Below, in pieces: positions 53,538-57,001 of a stretch of 57,001 bases of DNA. The position numbers and the translations under genes are program-made. This stretch comes from Oscillospiraceae bacterium. GTDB taxonomy: Bacteria > Bacillota > Clostridia > Oscillospirales > Oscillospiraceae. Numbering within the stretch: the stretch's first letter is position 1; the number at the start of each line of letters is the position of its first letter. The stretch spans positions 1 to 57,001 of the forward strand of contig CACZXQ010000001.1 in NCBI GenBank assembly GCA_902785115.1, in the 5' to 3' direction. The notes beneath the pieces were generated by a model that was given only the letters and a program-made list of their open reading frames with translations, had not been told where the DNA came from and made no database searches.

Positions 53538-55870
53538 ACGCGCTCCTCCACCCGGACGGTGAGGACGGTCATGTCGTCCGCCGCGCCGAAGCGCTCCTCC
53601 GCCTGGCGCAGAACCAGCCGCGCCAGCGCCTTCATGTCCGTGCTCTCCTGCTGCAAAAGGGTCTTGAGCCAGTCGTCCTCCGCGTCCGCGATCACGCCGT
53701 CCGAGGCCACCAGCGCCAGCGACCCGGGCTTTAAGCGCATGCGCACCGTGTCCGGCGCGATGCCGGCGCCGTCCCCGGCGCTCAGACCCACGGCAAGGCT
53801 TTCGCCGCGGATGCGCCGGATGCTCTTGCCCTCCCGGACGTAGGAGGGCGCCGCGCCGTATTTGTAGAAGCAGGCGTCCCCGCTGAAAAGGTCGATGCAC
53901 AAGAGGTCAACCGTGGCATAGCCCCAGGAGTCCGGGCTTTGCAGCAGCATCACGGAGTTTAACAGCTTCATCGCCACCGCCGGATCGACCCCCGAGCGCA
54001 GGAACTTCTCCAGGATCGCTACGATACGCCCGCTGTCCCGCGCGGCCTCGTCCCCGGTGCCCATGCCGTCGGAGAGGATCACGCACAGCACGCCCGTGTC
54101 CGTCTTAAAGTAGCTGCCCTTGTCGCCGCTGACCTTCTCGCCCCGCTTCTTGAGCGCCGCGATCCCCACCGACACGGCGAGCGGCTCCGCCTCCAGCAGC
54201 GTCAGGCGGGAAGCCCCGGCGGATAGCTCCTCCGGCTGGCAGAGCCGCGCGCCCACCACCGCCGAGAGCTTTTCTAGATAATCCTCCTCCTTCGTCAGCG
54301 GCGTGAGCCGCCCGCTCTCGATCACCACACGCAGCCGCCCGCTTCCGTCCCGGTAGACGGAGGTCTCCGCGTCGATGTCCAGCGTGCGCAGATAGCGCAG
54401 CAGCCGCCGCTCCGCCAGGGGGTCGGCGCCGTTGATGCTGCCAAGCTCGTCCGCCACGCTCCCCAGCACCTGGGCAATGTCGGCGTACTGACTCCAGGCC
54501 ACGCTCCGGTTTTCCGAGAGCCGCGCGCGAAGCTGCCGCCGGTAGGCCATGGCGCGCAATTCCCCGTTCACCGCCGTGACGAAAGCGCCGAGATGCTCGC
54601 AGCCCGCGCGAAAGTGACCGGGCAGATCCTCCGCCGCGAGGCTCCCCTTCGAGACCATGGCGCGCGTCGCGTCGTTCATGGCCGAGAGCGTGTCCAGATA
54701 GTCCGCGTTCCAGCAGCGGTTCTTGCTCTTGCACTTGACGCACACCGCGTCCGCCGCCCGGTCAAAGACCCGCGCCACGTTCTCGTCGTTCGCGGGCTCC
54801 TCCACCGTCTTGCGCACGGTCTCATAGAGCTCCCGGTAGGCTTCCGACAGATTCTTGACCCGCCGTGCCGCAAAGCGCCGCAGGCCGGATTCGCCGCTGC
54901 CGCGCTCCATGGCCTGCAGGAGCAGCCCCAGATGCCCCAGCCAGGATACGGGCAGCAGCATGAACAGCACCGATGCGCAAAAAGTCTCAAACAGGGCGCT
55001 GATGTAGATCTCCGTCGTCCAGACGCAGACCACCGCCAACGCCCCGCTTACAATGAACGAGAGCACGAAGAGAAAGCGCCCGTGCCGCCCGAATACGCCC
55101 GAGAGAAGCCCCGAAAGGGCGTAAGCCATCGTGTAAAAGGGCGCGCCGGGGTTTCCGATGTCCATGGCAAGCCCCAGCACCGTGCCCACCGCCGCGCCCG
55201 TGAGCATCCCGCCCTTCATGGCCGAGGCCATCACCAGGAGCAGCGCCAGCACCCGCCCGAGCGAGACCGTGTCAAAAACGATCAGCCGGGAGAAGGTCAT
55301 CAGCAGCACCGCAAGCAAAATCATCACCGATACGCCGTGCCGCAGCTCGCCGCCCTCCGTCCCGGCGGATGTGCCCGCCAGCGCTTCCCGAAAGAAATAC
55401 GCCCCGCCGAAGGCCAGCGCCGTCTCCAGAAACAGCGCCGAGAGCAGATCCACAAGATCCCGCGCCAGACTCACCCCGCCCAGCCACGCCGTCACCGCCA
55501 TGACCGCCCCGGCGGCCGAGGGCATGAAATACGGCGTCTTGTAGATCGGCATCTCGTGAAACACGAAAGCCACCGTGTACACCAGCACCGCCCCCGCCAC
55601 ACAGCGGATGCCCCACTCCAGCCCGCTGGAGGCCAGATAGCCCAGCGTCGCCCCCAGCAGCGCCGCCACGCCGCTTAAGCCCGGTCCCGCCGCCGCCACC
55701 AGCGCCACGCCAAAGGGCGCGCCGTTATCCAGCACGCGCGCGCAGGCCGCCACAAAGCCCAGCGTGAAGTAAATGGCGCAGTGCGCCACGGTGAAAAAGC
55801 GCCGGTCAATTTGCACGCCGCCCTTGACTTTTTGCAGACTCAGCGCCTGCCCCTGTTCTTCCATCGCCAT
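53534..55870 (-). CDS. spoIIE: Stage II sporulation protein E (PP2C phosphatase, polytopic)
   Basis: Start trimmed to MAMEEQGQ after AGGAGG. About 10 TM helices, then the PP2C domain (VILSDGMGTGDEAARDS...LVASDGV...DDMTVLTVRVE). Confidence 0.9.
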   Translation of the reverse strand: MAMEEQGQALSLQKVKGGVQIDRRFFTVAHCAIYFTLGFVAACARVLDNGAPFGVALVAAAGPGLSGVAALLGATLGYLASSGLEWGIRCVAGAVLVYTVAFVFHEMPIYKTPYFMPSAAGAVMAVTAWLGGVSLARDLVDLLSALFLETALAFGGAYFFREALAGTSAGTEGGELRHGVSVMILLAVLLMTFSRLIVFDTVSLGRVLALLLVMASAMKGGMLTGAAVGTVLGLAMDIGNPGAPFYTMAYALSGLLSGVFGRHGRFLFVLSFIVSGALAVVCVWTTEIYISALFETFCASVLFMLLPVSWLGHLGLLLQAMERGSGESGLRRFAARRVKNLSEAYRELYETVRKTVEEPANDENVARVFDRAADAVCVKCKSKNRCWNADYLDTLSAMNDATRAMVSKGSLAAEDLPGHFRAGCEHLGAFVTAVNGELRAMAYRRQLRARLSENRSVAWSQYADIAQVLGSVADELGSINGADPLAERRLLRYLRTLDIDAETSVYRDGSGRLRVVIESGRLTPLTKEEDYLEKLSAVVGARLCQPEELSAGASRLTLLEAEPLAVSVGIAALKKRGEKVSGDKGSYFKTDTGVLCVILSDGMGTGDEAARDSGRIVAILEKFLRSGVDPAVAMKLLNSVMLLQSPDSWGYATVDLLCIDLFSGDACFYKYGAAPSYVREGKSIRRIRGESLAVGLSAGDGAGIAPDTVRMRLKPGSLALVASDGVIADAEDDWLKTLLQQESTDMKALARLVLRQAEERFGAADDMTVLTVRVEERV

Positions 55871-56019
55871 AAAAACTCGCCTCCTGAGTTTACATAAATG
55901 TGAGTTCATTATAATTATGTAATTTTGCGAGGCCTGTCACATGGCGCTGTTGAAGGGGCAAAGTTTGCATGGGAAAATGGGGGATAATAGTTTTCGGTTT
56001 TCAGGTATGAACTGAAAAC

Positions 56020-56070
56020 GGAAATACAAAGGACTCTGAAAACTTCGTTTTCAGAGTCCTTTGTATTTCC
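56020..56070 (-). terminator. spoIIID terminator: perfect 24-bp stem overlapping the last codons
   Basis: GGAAATACAAAGGACTCTGAAAAC-TTC-GTTTTCAGAGTCCTTTGTATTTCC. A second related hairpin lies at 55992-56024. Confidence 0.75.
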
Positions 56071-56299
56071 TGCGCGTGGCGAGGCCGCCGCGGATATGCC
56101 GCTCGGCCTTGTTCAGATCCAGAAGCCGCCGCACCTCGTGATAGAGCGCCGGGCTGACACGCGGCAGCCGTTCGGTCAGATCCTTGTGTACGGTGGATTT
56201 GCTGATGCCGAACCGCGCCGCCGCGGCGCGGACGGTGGCCTTGTTCTCAATGATGTAAACCGCCAGATCTTTGGCGCGATCCTCGATACTCGTGTGCAC
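56051..56299 (-). CDS. spoIIID: Sporulation transcriptional regulator SpoIIID
   Basis: 82 aa: IEDRAKDLAVYIIENKATVRAAAARFGISKSTVHKDLTERL. Confidence 0.92.
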   Translation of the reverse strand: MHTSIEDRAKDLAVYIIENKATVRAAAARFGISKSTVHKDLTERLPRVSPALYHEVRRLLDLNKAERHIRGGLATRRKYKGL

Positions 56300-56347
56300 T
56301 TACACCACTCCCTGAGCGCGGCAGAGCCGCCGCGCGTTTCCTGCTCC

Positions 56348-56617
56348 ATGTATATGAGCGGGGGAGGGGTTTTATCCGTGCAATGCGCACTTGCGGAAAG
56401 CGCCCGCGCCGCGAAAGCCATCCACGCGGTCTTTCACCCCGAAAAGCTCAACTACGGCGCTTACGGCGATACGGGCTGCCACCTGCACGTCCATCTTGTG
56501 CCGAAGTATCGGGACGGCTTTGAGTGGGGCGGCGTCTTTGCCATGAACCCCGGCCAGAAAAAGCTCAGCGAGAGCGAGTACGCCGAGATGGCCGAGAAGA
56601 TCAGAGCGGCGCTGTAA
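56348..56617 (+). pseudogene. HIT-family hydrolase, C-terminal half only
   Basis: KAIHAVFHPEKLNYGAYGDTGCHLHVHLVPKYRDGFEWGGVF contains the histidine triad. The N-terminal segment of about 55 aa is missing, and the spoIIID gene and promoter region occupy the expected position. Confidence 0.6.
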
Positions 56618-56635
56618 CGACATAGCCCGGTTTTT

Positions 56636-56796
56636 ATACTAAGTCTCAATAGAACGGTTTGAAATCTTCCGGCCAGATTTGCGCCATACTGCGTTACAGT
56701 CCTTGAAAATACACAAAGTATTCCCTGCGGTCTGCGCCTTGTCTGGCACAAATCTGCCTCGGAATCTTTCTAAACCATCTTATTGAGACTTAGTAT
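56636..56796. mobile_element. MITE-like 161-bp imperfect long palindrome
   Basis: Terminal inverted repeats ATACTAAGTCTCAATA (16/16 identical). Pairing continues at about 80 percent over roughly 50 bp per arm. It is flanked by T-runs, has no coding capacity and has lower GC. Confidence 0.55.
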
Positions 56797-56897
56797 TTTT
56801 GAGTTTTCGCATTTTTGAAACGTCGCACTTTTCCACACGAAATAATTTCAAATAGTCTCAAAAAAGTGAAAAAAGAGAAGAATTCCGTCCTGAAATG

Positions 56898-56906
56898 TGG
56901 TATAAT
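56898..56906 (+). promoter_or_regulatory. Extended -10 promoter (TGGTATAAT) with an A-rich upstream region, reading out of the window
   Basis: AAAAAAGTGAAAAAAGAGAAG...TGTGGTATAAT. The downstream 95 nt contain no ORF start. Confidence 0.45.
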
Positions 56907-57001
56907 ACTATTCTCCATTAAAACAGCTTAAAATCCAAGTTCTGGCGGTGATGCTGTTAACGAGGTCATTTGTCAGTTCGCAGATAGTATCACAAAGGCG
57001 A

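Noticed and set aside
1-57001. Search for tRNA/rRNA genes, CRISPR arrays, transposases, integrases, phage or known defence-system genes
   Set aside because: None was found by eye: no direct-repeat/spacer arrays, no T-loop/acceptor patterns, no DDE/serine/tyrosine recombinase motifs, and no RT, Cas, restriction or abortive-infection-like ORFs. A covariance-model and HMM scan would be needed to be definitive.

Overview
This 57-kb chromosomal window comes from a high-GC, endospore-forming Firmicute. It looks like a Clostridia / Oscillospiraceae-type genome, judged only from gene content (spoIIE, spoIIID, addAB, rny), GGAGG ribosome-binding sites and codon bias.

Left part (about 1.6-27.1 kb): an accessory catabolic island. 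It encodes a subtype-B tannase, three alpha/beta-hydrolase esterases, two paralogous GH3 glycosidases, two MBL-fold hydrolases and a 7-bladed-propeller lactonase. It also encodes an aldo-keto reductase, beta-phosphoglucomutase, an FMN-dependent dehydrogenase, an Opp-type ABC importer, MarR and LysR regulators and a MATE pump.

Right part: mostly housekeeping genes (RNase Y, L31, AddAB, an aminotransferase, SpoIIE, SpoIIID). Interspersed are a GntR-uxuAB module, a cobalamin-riboswitch-controlled uptake operon, an AgrCA-like two-component system and several gene remnants.

The most notable non-obvious signal is a recurring wide-spaced dyad (GCAATTCCGWTT-N17-19-AAWCGGAATTGC). Its proximal half supplies the -35 TTG of at least five promoters, all inside the island. 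This suggests a locus-specific regulon with an unidentified regulator.

Other signals:
- A head-to-head truncation junction between a GH2 gene and a LytTR response regulator.
- A cluster of carbohydrate-gene fragments.
- A DUF554 gene knocked out of frame by one unit of a (CA)5 repeat.
- 7-nt-periodic repeats that place stop codons in all three frames directly after stop codons, associated with GTAGGGGCG hairpin repeats.
- A 161-bp MITE-like long palindrome.

I found no rRNA, tRNA, CRISPR array, transposase, prophage or recognisable defence genes. All functional calls rest on by-eye motif and family recognition, and no database search was possible.
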